A DNA stretch of 55,835 bases, from NCBI GenBank assembly GCA_050230475.1, contig JBFLGF010000215.1, positions 1-55,835 on the forward strand. Reading direction: 5' to 3'. The stretch comes from Ancylonema sp. (lineage: Eukaryota). The position numbers and the translations under genes are program-made. Below the pieces are notes generated by a model. It saw nothing but the letters and a program-made list of their open reading frames with translations. It ran no database searches and had not been told where the DNA came from. Below are positions 13,628 to 26,561 of the stretch, piece after piece; position 1 is the stretch's first letter; every line of letters begins with the position of its first letter.

Positions 13628-16600
13628 ATGAAGGTCGACCATCCGATCGCCACAAACCCGATGGGGGGGAGGTCTCTTTCGGTTCCGGGCAAGCAAGAGG
13701 GAGGTATTGCCAATGCGGAAAGACCTACATCTCTCCCCCCACCACAACCAACCAGGTTTCTGACACCCCCCTAGGCACCACTCATCGCAGGAAGGACTGG
13801 TGAGGGTGCTGTGACTGGCCTCTCTGCACTTCTCTGGCTGCCTTGACTGCCGCTTGCATTTCGCGCGGGACGAGCCTGACGTTGGCGGAGAGTGCACATA
13901 GGTCCCGCTTGCGGAGGCTCGGAGTGGAGCCTCCCGGCGTGGAGCCTCCCTGTTTAATTCTGACGTTCACACAGGAGTTCGCCCGCTTGTCCTAGTAGAG
14001 TGGATGGAGGAGGTGATGCTATTCTTGGATGTGTACAGCAACCTTGTATGCGGCTCGTATCCGTGACTCACTTGTTGACACTCGGTGTTTGGTACCGTAC
14101 CATCTCAAGGCGTTAGTTTCTCGTGGTAAGTACTCATGATTGAACCAGAAAATCCTTTAGAGGCGGACAGTATGACGTACCGGCTGAGATGCAGTATTCA
14201 TGACGGTCGAATGCTCAGCGCACCTCTTGAAGCAGCCAATCTGGAAAGGAGACCTCACAAGAGTTCAGAGAGCGCTGCCATGGATGAGGCGCAACAACGC
14301 CTGGAGATTGTTGTACTGTGGTAAGTGCAGTCTCTATCACCGGCACTTTGAATGCAAGTCCTCTGCGGGAGAGGTTTTTCTCTTCCGATTCAATCTCGAG
14401 GGCATGCTGTCTGAAGATGCGACGCCATGGAAAGCAAGACTGCAACTGAGTTAGAGCGGTCCGTGTGATGGCACCTTATTCTTTTGTAACACCAGATCTC
14501 AGATATGAGAGCTTCTCAGAAAGCACTCTCTTCAATCACCTTCTGTCATGCTCGACCCCGCACCACGTGTTTCGTGCAACACTCTTGTTTGTCTGAATCT
14601 GTTGCAGCGATCACCTTTTTTTTCCAGACCTTTAAAATGTGTGGAAGGAAGACCGTATTTCCTGGACCGTCTTGTAGAAAGGTTGTCATTGACAATCCTG
14701 AGCCCCTAAGGTGTCGGCCCAGAGTTGCTGGGAGGGAATCGAATTCACATGAAGTGAACTGTACCTGCGCAGGCGCAGTCGTTGTCGTTCCGGGAGATGG
14801 ACCACGTGTCCGTGATACGCTGGCCTTCTTCAGCATGATAGGGGTAAGTCGCCAGAGCTGGTCGCCCAAGTTTTCTGGCTTTCTCGCTGTCCTTCCTCTT
14901 CTGTCAATCGTAGAAGCCTGCAGCTTCCTCTCCTCTCTTCAGCTGATGTGTCACTGTTTGAATGCCGGCGTTACCATTTGCTACACAGACAACTCCATCC
15001 CTACACCTCGTCATGATTATTATGGCATGGATGCACATTCATGAGATCTGTGATCGATGATGCTGTTGCTTCTCACCCATGGGGTCGTTTTGGCTCGATT
15101 TGGCAGCAACACGTGACATAAGGGAACAAAACGGCAGCATGCGTGTGAGGTGGCATGCACCATCATTCTGTAGTGCTCATGACAGGTGGCGATAAGGTAC
15201 AACTTGGCTTAGGGCCCGACGGCGCACTCCTCACAGACGACTTCACGCCTGTCTTCCGTGACCTTGCCAACGTGGTGTGCATCGACAAGTGCCTGCTCTA
15301 GGCCTGAAGCACCTGCTCTCGATGCTATCGATGCATCAATGCTGCATTTTCTTCCTGCTGACATCATATTCGCAGATGTGTATGTGCGACATTATACTCA
15401 CGCATTCCAGCACAGAAAAAAGATACAGATTGGTATACATCTTGAAACGTATCAGCACTGAAGGTGCACAGGAGGGTGAAGTCTGACGATCAGTTTCTGT
15501 TGGGGGGGGTGGCAGCTGGGATGCTTCCTGATGGGATGGGAGTGGCCCTGAAGAAGCATGTGGTGCATTTCAACGACCCCCTGGCAGTGGGCCTTTCCAC
15601 GGGCCTATGCGGCTCGCTCACCACCTTCGCTGCCTGGAACCAGATGGTGCTGCAGATGGTGGACCAGGGGCTGTGGGTGCGAGGGCTGTTCACCTACTTT
15701 TTCGGTACGGAACACATGTTTCATGAGATTTTGTATCTTATATTTCTGGACCCTTCTCTGCTGCAATGAGCCGCTTCAAATGCTCCCTTAAATTTGCTTG
15801 CAAACAAGCGTTTTTTTTTTAAAAAAAAATAAAAAAATATGGAGTAAGAATAGTTGAGAAGATCTTGAGAGCAGCGTGGCTGGATGATGGTGTCAAGGGA
15901 ACCACCGTTGTGCGTGGTTCTGCATCAGCTGCCTGAGTCCCCTACCACCTTCTCATCGCCCTCCTTCGGTTCGGTGGTCATGCGTCGCATGTGAATGCTC
16001 TCTGCATACGCTTCCCTCACCTTTTCCGTTTGCTTTCCCATCCCTCTCCAGGTGTGCTGGTGGCGCAAGGCAGTCTGCAAATCGGTATCGATACCGCAAA
16101 CGCCCTCCTGGCGATTGTGGAGCAGTGGCAACAGGAGAGAGATCTAGAGGGGCGGCCACGCATCGCGGTCCCGCGTCCAGACCACCTCAACAGAAGGTGG
16201 CGAGTGCTCATGCTCTTCGTCACCTTGTCAGCGCTGATGTGGACAGGAGCGGCAGCCGGGACAGCTGTCGACTCAGGAAGCGAGGCCAGAAGGAAACTGT
16301 TCCTTTCTGTTCTGGTAGGCCCGTTTGGGGTGTGGACGCGCTGGTATCTCGCGCGTCTGAATGGGAGGGGGGTCGGGATGAAGCACCACCTCAAGTGGCT
16401 ACCAGTGGGTACTCTCATCACCAACCTCGTGGCAGCCTGGGTGGAAGCAGCCCTGTCTACCATCAACCGCTGGGTGAGGGATCTTTTTCCCTTTTATATG
16501 CCAGTCCTCCTGCAGTCGTCCCAGGTGCAGTGTTCATGAAGTCCGCAGAGATCAGTGCTAGGGCCTTTCCGTCGTGATGTCGCAGAGTCTGGTGCTTGCA

Positions 16601-16990
16601 CCTCACGCCCCCCCATGCACCCGTATCTGCATCCCCCTCCCAGAACCCAATTCCGGAGGGATGTCATGGCCCTCATTCGTTGTTAGACCATAATGAAGGC
16701 ATTCTTCATAAGCTTTGGAATGGCTCTGACACATACATGGTTGGCTGTCGCAGGACGTAACTCCCGTCGGAGGCCTCGTGATATCTTCTTTGGATTTGGG
16801 CATGATGGGGTCCATGAGCACTGTCTCGACTTTTTCCGTTGAGCTGAGGAACCTCCATCAAGCCAGCTCGACACAATGGCGGGCGTATGCTTACTTCATG
16901 GGGACCATATGCTTGGCTTTCGTCGGAGGGTTGCTGGTTTACAATGTCCCCGTGTGGGCGTTCCGTCTTCCCGAGTACCTCGTGTACTGA
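13628..16990 (+). pseudogene. FEX: Fluoride exporter FEX (tandem CrcB/Fluc domains) with frameshifts in the first domain; 5' exons uncertain
   Basis: Motifs GLSTGLCGSLTTFAAWN, GPFGVWTRWYLARLNGRG, WLPVGTLITN and GMMGSMSTVSTF are present. The conserved frame is broken near 15205 (VAIRYN/GLGPDG) and 15540 (LGCFLMGW/GVALKK). Confidence 0.75.
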
Positions 16991-19058
16991 CCGGGCCTTG
17001 CTTGCATTTTCACCACCACTCCTGTACCTTAGTTGTACACATCCCAGGTGGTGTATTATGTTGTTGTCCGTCCAAAACGGTGTGGTAATTTCGTGGAGCA
17101 GTCGCATGTTTTTCAGGACTGAATTGCATGAAGCAGGTCTAGGGCGATGAAAGTCTTTCTTTTTAGTACGTTTTTTTCTAGCTGAGCTTCACTCACAGAC
17201 AGGCATGCATCTACACAGAAATTGTGAACAGATACAATTTTGTAGCAGTAGCACAATACAGCAAGCGCTGTATAGATGCGCTGCTGTGTAGATGTGAATC
17301 GAATTAGAAGTGAAGAGCTTTATGCTCAAGCCTCGCCTCAGGTACTTGTGTACTTCGACACAAAAATATAGCAAGTAATCTTACAGTCATCTTCGGATAT
17401 ACCCCATTACTGGCTCGCAATCAAGAGACGTCAGATATTACATCGATACTAGATTGGTAGACTTTGTTGCTGCTACCGATTCTACAAATCTGTTTGTGTT
17501 GAGCTGGCAATAGAGCGTGTGAAAAGGCCTTTGGCTGCTCCGCCCTCTCCCACACTTGGCTCACTTATTCACAAGGACACACACCCTGCACACTTCTTCT
17601 CTCCCCATATGTACAATCTCTACGTCACCCAAGGCTATCACATTGAGGTGGGAGGAACAATGACACACCCAAACCCACCTCGCCTCCCTCTTCCTCCCAA
17701 CCCAATCCCCCACCCCACTCCACTCCTACCTGTCAACATTCAAACCTACCACCCCTTCCCTGCCATCCGCTACTTGTGCCCCAGCCTTGCTGTCCTCCTT
17801 CACAGGTGACAGCGGTGGTGGTGGGGGTGGAGGGCGGTCTCTTGGAGGAGACATGGCCTCCCTGCTCGGTGACGAGCCTGAGAATGACTTGTTAGAGAGG
17901 AAGGTGCGCACAGGGTACGCCCCTCCTTTCCCACCCTCCTCATTGAACCCCCCACCCCCAAAATCTCTCTTCTTGGGCGGAACAGAAACGGTCGGGATTG
18001 CATCGGCATCTTGTATGGTCAACACCTTGGACTGCCACTCCTGACCCCCGTGAGCCCCCCTCTCGTCCTCCCACTTCACCTCCTTACCCCCCCTCCACCC
18101 CCTGCTCAAACCCTTCCCACTATCCCACTCCCACCCTGTCTCCTCCTCTTTGCCATCTTGCCCAACCTCCATCTCCCCCCCTCCTCCCCCTCCCTCCAGA
18201 CTTGTCCCTAAGGATGACCTCCCTAGCTTCAAGGATGGAGGGCCCCTCGGCACCTCTTCACTCCCTCCATACAGAGCTTCCTCGAGCCTCCCCCCTTTCT
18301 TCCGCTTCTTCTCGCTCCTCTCCTCCTTCTCCCCCCACCATTCCCTCCCCCCTTTGCCAACTCGAGCCGGGGACCTTGGCTTTGTTTTCAGGCTTAGATC
18401 CGAACCAGGGTGGGCCTTGTCCCACGCTCCTCCCACATACCCTTTCATTCTCCCCCCCTTGCTAAACACTTCCGCCCCTCCCGACTCTCTCCGGCTTGTG
18501 GACGGACCTTCTCCACTCCCCCCCCTCCCTCCCCTGGCCTCTGCGTCAGACCCAGACCCCGAGTTCCTCCGCACCACTCCCATCCCGCCCTCTAGGTATA
18601 GCAGCTGGGAGTCGTTGGTGGGCATGGAGGAGGAGGGGGGTGAGGTGGCGGCGGGACACAGGCGGTGGGAGCGGGGGGAGTCTTCCAGGTCGGTGGCTTG
18701 TGGGGGGGACTCGGGATGGATGTTCTCTGCTGCAGAGGCAGAGGGGTGGAGAAGGGAGAGGGGCGTGGCAGCCGCGTCTGCCTTCTGCAAGGATCGATAC
18801 TGGAGCCGCACGCTCTCCCCGCTGTCAAGCGTGCGCACCAGATACCTGCCCCCGGAAGAGGGTGGTGTGAGAATGGTTGCAGGGGGAACAAGGTGGGAGG
18901 AAGGCATCTCTCTTCATTTCTACTTGTGCCTTTGCCGACTGTTAGAGGCGAGGTGCCTTACCACCCATTGAGGCACTGCGAGGTGATGATCGCCTCCCTC
19001 CCCACAAACTTTTCGGGCGTGCGTTTGTTGCCCTGTTGCCCTCCAAAGGCAGTCAGTG

Positions 19059-19060
<2 letters not shown>

Positions 19061-19105
<45 letters not shown>

Positions 19106-19127
19106 GAGAGAGAGTGAGAGAGAGAGA
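19061..19127. repeat. (GA)n microsatellite, intronic
   Basis: Directly visible. Confidence 0.97.
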
Positions 19128-20778
19128 GCAGCAAGCGGGGCGTCGGATACACAGTCCTCTCACAGTCCTCACATAATGCATGCATCCACTGGTTTGTGCT
19201 GTTTGAGCCACAGGATTTTGGGGGGGGGGATAAAAGGAAACCACGCGCCAAAAGGTAGAGGAAAAAGAAATTCATATTCACCAAGAGGTGTAAAAGAAAT
19301 GAGTCGGTTGGTTGTAGGCGAGCCTAGGTCCATAGTCCATAATTTTCCGACACCACTCCCCCTTCCTTTGGTAGCGCATACCTTGATGAGGACATAGTCA
19401 TTGACGGCGTACGGGAACTGGGCCCCCCTCTGCCGCGGACTGCCCTCCAGTTCTGGCGGCCATCCTGGTTGCTCTTCCTGCGGACCACCGCTGCCTGCCA
19501 CCTGTCCACACCCTCTCACGCGTCAGACTCTTTCTGACCCCGTCCCAAATCAGACGCGCATCTCTGACGTGCTCTCTCACATGCGCACACTACCCAGTCG
19601 CATTAGCGTTACCGAAATCGGGTTAACTCCCTCCTCTCCCCATCATTTTCATGCCACCAGAACTAACTCACGCCCGCCTGCCCAGCCAGTCCCCCCCCCT
19701 CCCACCTCCCACCCCCCACCTCCCACTGACTTACTTTGATCGAACCTTTGTGGCTCCATCTCTTTTTCTTCCCTTCCCTTCCCCTTTCCACGCCGCTGTC
19801 CCTCCTTCTCTTTACCCCCCGCGACTCGACTGCTGCGGCCTCTGCTCGCCGATAGGCCGCGGCATACGCCCGCAACGCTGGGGGGACAAGAGCGAAAAGA
19901 TGAGAGTGAGACATTTCGAAACGTTTCGGTCCCTAATCCCTCCCTCTCCACACCATCTATGGCGTGAGAGAGCCTCGCATATTGTGAAAAGATATTTCTG
20001 AGAAAAGAAGCACACATGCTTCCTTTCAAACCTCCACCCCCTGTCCACTGTCAGCGTTGACTAAGCTGACAGGTGGTGCAACCACGCATTGACTCGGTTC
20101 GGAGCTGTGGCAGCAATCATGGGATACCATCTGGTAGGCGATTGTGCTCACTCAGGTTGGGCACTAGAACGGTCACGTCCACATTTGCATCGCACGCAGG
20201 ACACACCATCTGCAGCGGGGGGGAGGAGACAAATGGTCACAAAAGAACCACTCACTAGTCCACTATTCCACTATTCCACCCCGAATCATCCTCAGCGCAG
20301 CCCCCATGCAGTTCGCATACAACATCCGCTCACACATTTTCCATGAGAAGTGAGTTATAAGAGGTATGATGGAAGTGGCAGAAATTCAGAACCATACGAT
20401 ATGCGTATAGCACATCATCAGCCATGACTGCAGGCACGCTTGTATGCATATGCATGTGCGTCTGCATGTATTATAGAAAAGAACACACGTCACACGTGTG
20501 TGTGTGTGTGTGTACCTAAAGAACCCCACGGAAAGCATGCAAGGTCAGAGGTCGGAAGGGCACACACAACTTCCCCCCACACTGCCAACAAGAAGCGCGT
20601 GACAGCTTTCTGGAGCCATTTCGACCGTTTTCCCTCCGCAAAAGACACCCCCCAGGGGCTTTGCATGCTTCTACTATATCGCCGTCACTCTTACCCCGCT
20701 CTCATCACCATCATTGCCATACCCACCAACACCCTGTTGGATTATCTCGTACCTACTCCGCTCCCCATCCCTTTACCA

Positions 20779-20812
20779 AACCACGGAACCACGGAACCAC
20801 GGAACCACGGAA
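20779..20812. repeat. 8-bp tandem repeat (AACCACGG)x4, intronic
   Basis: Directly visible. Confidence 0.9.
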
Positions 20813-21676
20813 AGTAGGTGGTGAAGTGCTGAGGCTCTGCGTCACCCTCACCGTTTCCATGAGCCTCTTCAGACCGCCCCCTCCGAAAGAATGGCCGCAT
20901 GTGGCCAGCACAGCATCCTCCAGCGATGATGACCTGTCCACACCCACACTCCAAACAGACATGAGGTACCAGGTACACATCTTCCCCATGGCTACCATAA
21001 GGAATGAGACCTGTGGAGTGAATGCATCGATAGATGATGGCACACATCACGTCAGCTGTACGTTGACGACTCTGAGATGAGATGAGTAACCACTAAGACT
21101 CACGACTCTCGACTCACGTGTAGGGGTCGGATAGATGTGCCTTCACTGTGTCGGCAGTCTTGACCTACAGGGGGCGCACATGCACAAATGACTGGTCACA
21201 ATCCCATCCCACGATCCCTCCTTCCCATCAACCCTTGTCCTATCTGCTTCCCACACAGCAGCACATGAACTTCGTAACACACTGACGTTTACGCAGCTTC
21301 TCATGCCGAAGCACTGCTCATCATCCCCATTACTCCCACCCCCCCTGCACAGTGAGAAAGTGTTTGATATTCACGCATGCTGCGGCTCACAAACCCGTAC
21401 CGCGATCATCTCCTTCGATTCTTCAAACCGCTTCTCCCGCTCCGAACCACTTTTAGGTTCCAGAAAACGCGGTACGGGTATTGGTTCCAAAAACCGTTCC
21501 GCCACCAGGTGACCCGCTCCCCGCATGGCGGAGCACTCCAGAGCCACTTCCGCTCGCGGGAGGAGGCGATACGCCAAAGAACAGCTGCACCACCTCCCAA
21601 GGTTTCAGCCACAAAAACTCTAACTCCGCGCGACATCACACACGATCGAGTCTGCATTCCTCGTTTTCACGACCGC

Positions 21677-21748
21677 AGTCAGCAGTCAACAGTCAACAGT
21701 CAACAGTCAACAGTCGACAGTCAACAGTCAACAGTCAACAGTCAACAG
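21677..21748. repeat. 7-bp tandem repeat (AGTCAAC)n, intronic
   Basis: Directly visible. Confidence 0.95.
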
Positions 21749-23783
21749 AAGCAAACACGGCATACGGAGGGGGCTGGGAGGGCGCACAAGGAAGACCGTT
21801 TGGGGCCGCCTTGGTCCGGTCTCCTATAGGATGACGTCTGCCTGTGGCCAGCTGTGACTTGAGTCAACGCTTTGCCCACCAGCAGCACCAGGTCGCCAGA
21901 CCCCACTCCCTGGTCGCATTGGAACCACTTCCCGTCGCTCCCACGGACCTGCGCTCATACAACACGATGAGTGGGATGGTGCGCAGCAGCACTGGAAGAG
22001 GTGCTGCCAATCGCAGATGCTGACCATTGGGACGCTTCACAGAAGTGTGTGTTTTTGCTCACCTCCAGCCCCGGAGAGTCTGCCGTCGTGAGCATGAGCA
22101 GACCTGGTTCTGTTTCTGTGGGTGGGTGTCTTTGCTCGTGAGACGCGTGTGGCATGTGACACAGAGCGGTTACGAGGGACGATGACAGCTCCCCTGGTGG
22201 CAGCGGGCAGTCATCCAACAATGCACTGAATGCTCTGCGACCGTGCCGGGACCACAGCAAGACAGCAAGACAGCAAGACAGCAGGGTGGATACGCGTGAG
22301 AAGTCTGGTCGAGTACAGACAGCAGCTGTGGCTCAAATGTGGTGCAGGGAGGAAGGGAGAAGCAGTGACTGCATCCCTGATGACTTACTCGCTTCTCAGT
22401 CTCAAGTGGCGCGCTACAGCTGACAGGGCGACTCGAGCCACTTTGGTGAAGGTGTCGAATATCTGAGGGAGGCAGGGAGGTGTCTCCTGCTCCTCAAATG
22501 TGGGAGGTCTGCTTGCACCGACATATAAGTGTGCAACATTTGAACACAATCGAAAGTCACCAGTCAATACTAGGGACAGTGTCTGCTTGATGCTGTGCTA
22601 AATTGGATGGAAAAATGGATGGATTGTGCTGAAATTGACATGGCCTGAAGGCTCGAGTCTCGAAGCATGGCATGTATGTACGGGCAGACAGTCATCCCTT
22701 ACGGTTTAGAGCATCATCATGATGACGACAGCAGAGTCTGATATACGCGTCTTCCAATTATTTGTAGAGTCAGGGGGGCACATTATGAGTTGAAAAAGGT
22801 TGGTTACAGGAGCCATTACCTGCCAGCCTGATAGATGTACGTGCTCTTGCCAGGGCTAGCCAGGTGTCCACCATTCTTCGTCCAATCGGCGGAAACTGAC
22901 CCAACCCCGGCCTGCTTCCGAAATTAGAGACGGGCAGAAGCAAGAGCACATCTGACGAGGACAGCATCTTCGCGTGACAGCTGAATGACTGCTGCGTTGT
23001 ACCGAGATAACGAAGTTGACAAATTGTGTACAGCTTTAAAATACTGTGCAGAGGGAGCACTGTGTATGTCCGCCAGTTCAGTAAATATCAGTTTCGACAA
23101 CCCTGCTGGTGTCAAGGATGCCTTGTCATTCTCCTTGTCCGTGTCCGACGGAACAACGTCATACACTTGCGAAGTAGCGGAACCTTGCATTCCCGCTGTA
23201 CTGTTAACGGGAACATTTGTCACTGTCCCCGGAATGACCTCGGAAGCTGTCACGGGCGCGGGGGTTGTCCCGATAAATGGTGGATTCGCTTCTTCAAGAT
23301 TTACCGCCAGATGGACTGGCAAAGTTCTTTCGGGCTCGTTCGCTTCTGACGAGTTCACATTGGCCAGTACAGTCAAGGAGGTGGCCATCAAGGTGATCAC
23401 AGTTTCACTAAAAAATAACCGAAGACTCTGTTGAAAGAAAGATGCAGAATTGCGTCCATACCGTGAAGCCAAATTTTCCGTTTCTGTCTCATTATCTCAT
23501 CATCTCATTGATGCAAAGTACGAACCCGTGTACTTTATCCGTCTGCGAAAATGATCCCGACGACACTTGATAGCTCCGACGGCACTGCGATTTTCCACTC
23601 GCCTAACTGCAGGAGTGATTGAGAGTGGGAAGGGCAGGTCACTTTGGTGCAACACGACGAGACAGTCGTACTATTCTGCGTGAGCGAAATGATAAATCAA
23701 TCCGAACGGGAATACGAACACATCAAACACATCAAACGCATGTTCGCAAACATTCATGCAAGAAGGTGTTTTCCCGTCGGCTT

Positions 23784-25195
23784 TACAGTGTATACTCGTT
23801 ATGGACAAACTCGTTATCAGCTTAGTCGCACTATAGGCATTAAAATCGTATGGACCGACTTTCCCCCGCCAAATCGTCTTCGTTATAGGCATCAGCACAC
23901 GACAGGCACAGATCTGTGCCAGTAACGAGTTATGACGTCACAACACGTGCTGACGTCGACTTTAATTCAGCGGAATTGTCGACGGACATCATCGTGTAGA
24001 CATTGTGATTTCGGATGCTGCGGTGGGGCACACTTTGGTCGACATTGTTGTTGTCGCCGCTACAGATGTGGAGCGAAGGAAGGAAACCCACTATCAGGAA
24101 ACCCACGCAGCAGGGGCGAAATTTGTGCCCTTCGCTCTTGGGACATACGGTGCATTCTCTGATAGGTCGGATCGATTTTTGGTCTAATGTGCAACGTTAG
24201 CATCTAGAGAGTGTGCAAGATCAGCCTCTATTAGCTTGTTGTGCACATGGTTCCGTCAGAGAGTTTCGATTGCATTGCAACGGTTGATAACACATGCGAT
24301 ACATGCTAGAACCCTACGTCTAGAGCAATCCATCTTCCCCCACCACCGCACGCTCCACTTTCTTCCGGAGTTGCATATTGCTAGTACGATCGGCTCACAT
24401 ATTTGTCGTTTTTTAGGATATGTAGTTTCTATACAAGCACGTTCTTGTAATGAGATGGATTCCCATCGTTTTTCAAGAATATGCAGTACTTCGTTTTTCG
24501 GATGAGAGGGAATTGTATATTATTGAATAGAGAATTGTATTTTGTTGAAAAACGACGGGAACCCCATCTCATTACAAGAACGTGTTTGCAAAGAAACTGC
24601 ATATCCTAAAGAACGACAAATATGTGAGCCGATCGTACTAAACAAAACTAGCGACAAAATGCAACTCCGAAGAAGAAAGTGGAACGTGCGATGGTGGGGG
24701 AGGTAACAAGGCCATGGATTGCTCTAGAGGTAGGGTTCTAGCACGTATCGCATGTGCTAGCGACCGTTGCAATGCAATCGACACTCTCTAACGGAACCAT
24801 GTGCACAACAAGCTAATGGAGGGCCCTTATCTTGCACACTACCTAGATGCTAACGCGGCACACTCGACCAAAAATCGATCCGACCTATCAGACAATGCAC
24901 CGTACGTCTCATGAGCAAAGGGCACAAATTTCGTCCCGTGCACGATCCCGATAGTGAGTTTTAGAGTGGTCATAATGAATTTGTAGTTCAATTCACACGC
25001 CAATCGGCCAACCGTTCGAAAAAAGTACACCAACATAACATACGGTTTTTGTGTATTTCCCTCGTTACAGGCACATCCAACCAAGGGCCCCTAGCAAACG
25101 TGCCCATAATGTTAATGCAAGTTACAGACAGAGCCAGGTTATTGGCCAACATTTCCCTTGTCCCAAAGATGTGCCTATAACGAGTAGTTACTGTA
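23784..25195. mobile_element. Non-autonomous pogo/Tc1-mariner-like element with imperfect TIRs and TA flanks, carrying an internal retrotransposon-derived inverted repeat
   Basis: Left end TA-CAGTGTATACTCGTTATGGAC, right end GTGCCTATAACGAGTAGTTACTG-TA. The subterminal TTTCCCTCGTTACAG..GCACATC block is shared with the element at 44254-44736. Confidence 0.6.
24005..24940. mobile_element. Two tail-to-tail degenerate 3' fragments of a CRE-like (restriction-like endonuclease) non-LTR retrotransposon
   Basis: The + copy encodes VDIVV..ERRKETHY..KFVPFALGTYGAFS..WFRQRVSIALQR; the - copy encodes KFVPFAHETYGALSDRSDRFLVECAALASR. Arms ~24115-24485 and ~24535-24937 are diverged reverse complements. Confidence 0.7.
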
Positions 25196-26561
25196 GGGTT
25201 ACTTTAGGGTTTCGCACGCCTCCTGGGGGTACTTTCTGGACAGCACGTTCCCCCCAAAAAAGAATGTTGCAGAAGTGTTCAAATCGTAGGGCCAGCTCAA
25301 ACATCCCGGCGGGAAACTAGTCCGGCTGGTTACCCGTCCGTTGGCTCAAGCCAAATTCAGACGGAGATTCGGATGCACCTTGTGACTTTCCTCGTGTCAC
25401 GTAACTGGCACCAGATTCAGTCATGTGTGAACCCGATCGGTGCTGACTTCTTCACCGCTTTGTGACCGTTAATTTAAACCCCGACAATATTTGCATATCA
25501 TAATTGACCTTTCCATATCGTCAGATCTTGTCGCGTCATTTCTCCGATACATTTGAGCACGAGGCAAAACTCAACAGGACGTCGAGCGAGTTTAGATTGT
25601 GAAAGCAGATCCATTTTGCACGATTGCCTTTTCGTCATGACCAATCATTCTGCGATTTGAAATCGTGATCTCCACAACTCCTCAGCAGAGTGTCGTGGAT
25701 AACATCCAGAATTCCGCTCCTATCCTAGATCTCTTTTAGAGTCGAGTTTCGGATCGGCGCGTCGCCCTTCCCGAAGCAGCTAAGAGTATGTTTTATCGGC
25801 GAGTATCACTTTGACGCGATACCCGCAGGTTAACCTCGAGTTGTGCAGAGTATCACTTCGAGGCGATAAGGCGTATATAATAAAAGTGATACCCAATCGT
25901 GTTCCGTATCGCAGCAAGTTTTTTCAGGAGTATCACTCCGAAGGATCATATGCGCGCGAAAAAGACACGTCACGTCACACTCCCTTCGAAAATTGCAGCG
26001 ACGTCTACACGCGACAAAAATGAAGCAGAAGGCTCCACGCCGACAGCAACGAGTGTCACAATTGTGAAACGAGTATCACTTTGTGATACCCAAATCAGAG
26101 TTGTGATACGGCGCTCAGAGCGTATCACTTCGCGAAATCTAAAACGCCACGATGTGATACCCCGTAAAACTTGAAGGGATACTCAAAATCAGGCGCAATC
26201 AAAGTGATATACGAAGTGCTCGCCGATAAAACATACTCTAATCAGAGACCAGAGAAAAGTGCGATTCGTTCACTGGATTGCACAATCTGCGTTGCTCTTT
26301 GGCACGGAGAGATCCAGCACCACACGCAGGAGTTGGTATTTTTACGAGTGAAGTCGGTGACGAGCAGATTCGCGAGACTCCTGTCAGTGCTATGCGCGTG
26401 CCATGAACTTCGTAGCCATTTTTGCCTACGATGGTACATGGACTGGCATTTGGAGAACAGTTACCAAAAGGCTCCTCTGTGAGCCGCAGTTAAGGTAGGA
26501 AACGACACGTGAAGAGGTCAGACTGCACTCCAGTTCGTCGATATAAGGCAGCTTGGGCTCG

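Larger units (their letters stand above)
17726..23388 (-). pseudogene. 2OG-oxygenase-fold + U-box/RING-like protein (AT3G19895/PUB62-like) with an in-frame TAA at 22926-22924 and a long low-complexity C-terminal extension
   Basis: About 12 exons join in frame: LSRYNAAVIQL..RCALASARL*FRK..YQAGR..PPCLPQIF..KVARVALSAVARHLRLRS..LLDDCPL..GDLVLLVGKAL..LAYRLLP..LSDPYT..LEDAVLATCGHSFGG..CPAC..LVPNL..FPYAVNDYVLIKGNKRTPEKFVGREAIITSQCLNGWYLVRTLDSGESVRLQYRSL. Confidence 0.85.

Noticed and set aside
17787..19117. Long plus-strand Pro/Ser-rich ORFs
   Set aside because: They are antisense shadows of the purine-rich last exon of the U-box gene.
25795..26215. CRISPR-like repeat-spacer array
   Set aside because: The repeats are only 7-10 bp, in both orientations and irregularly spaced, in a eukaryotic context with no cas genes.
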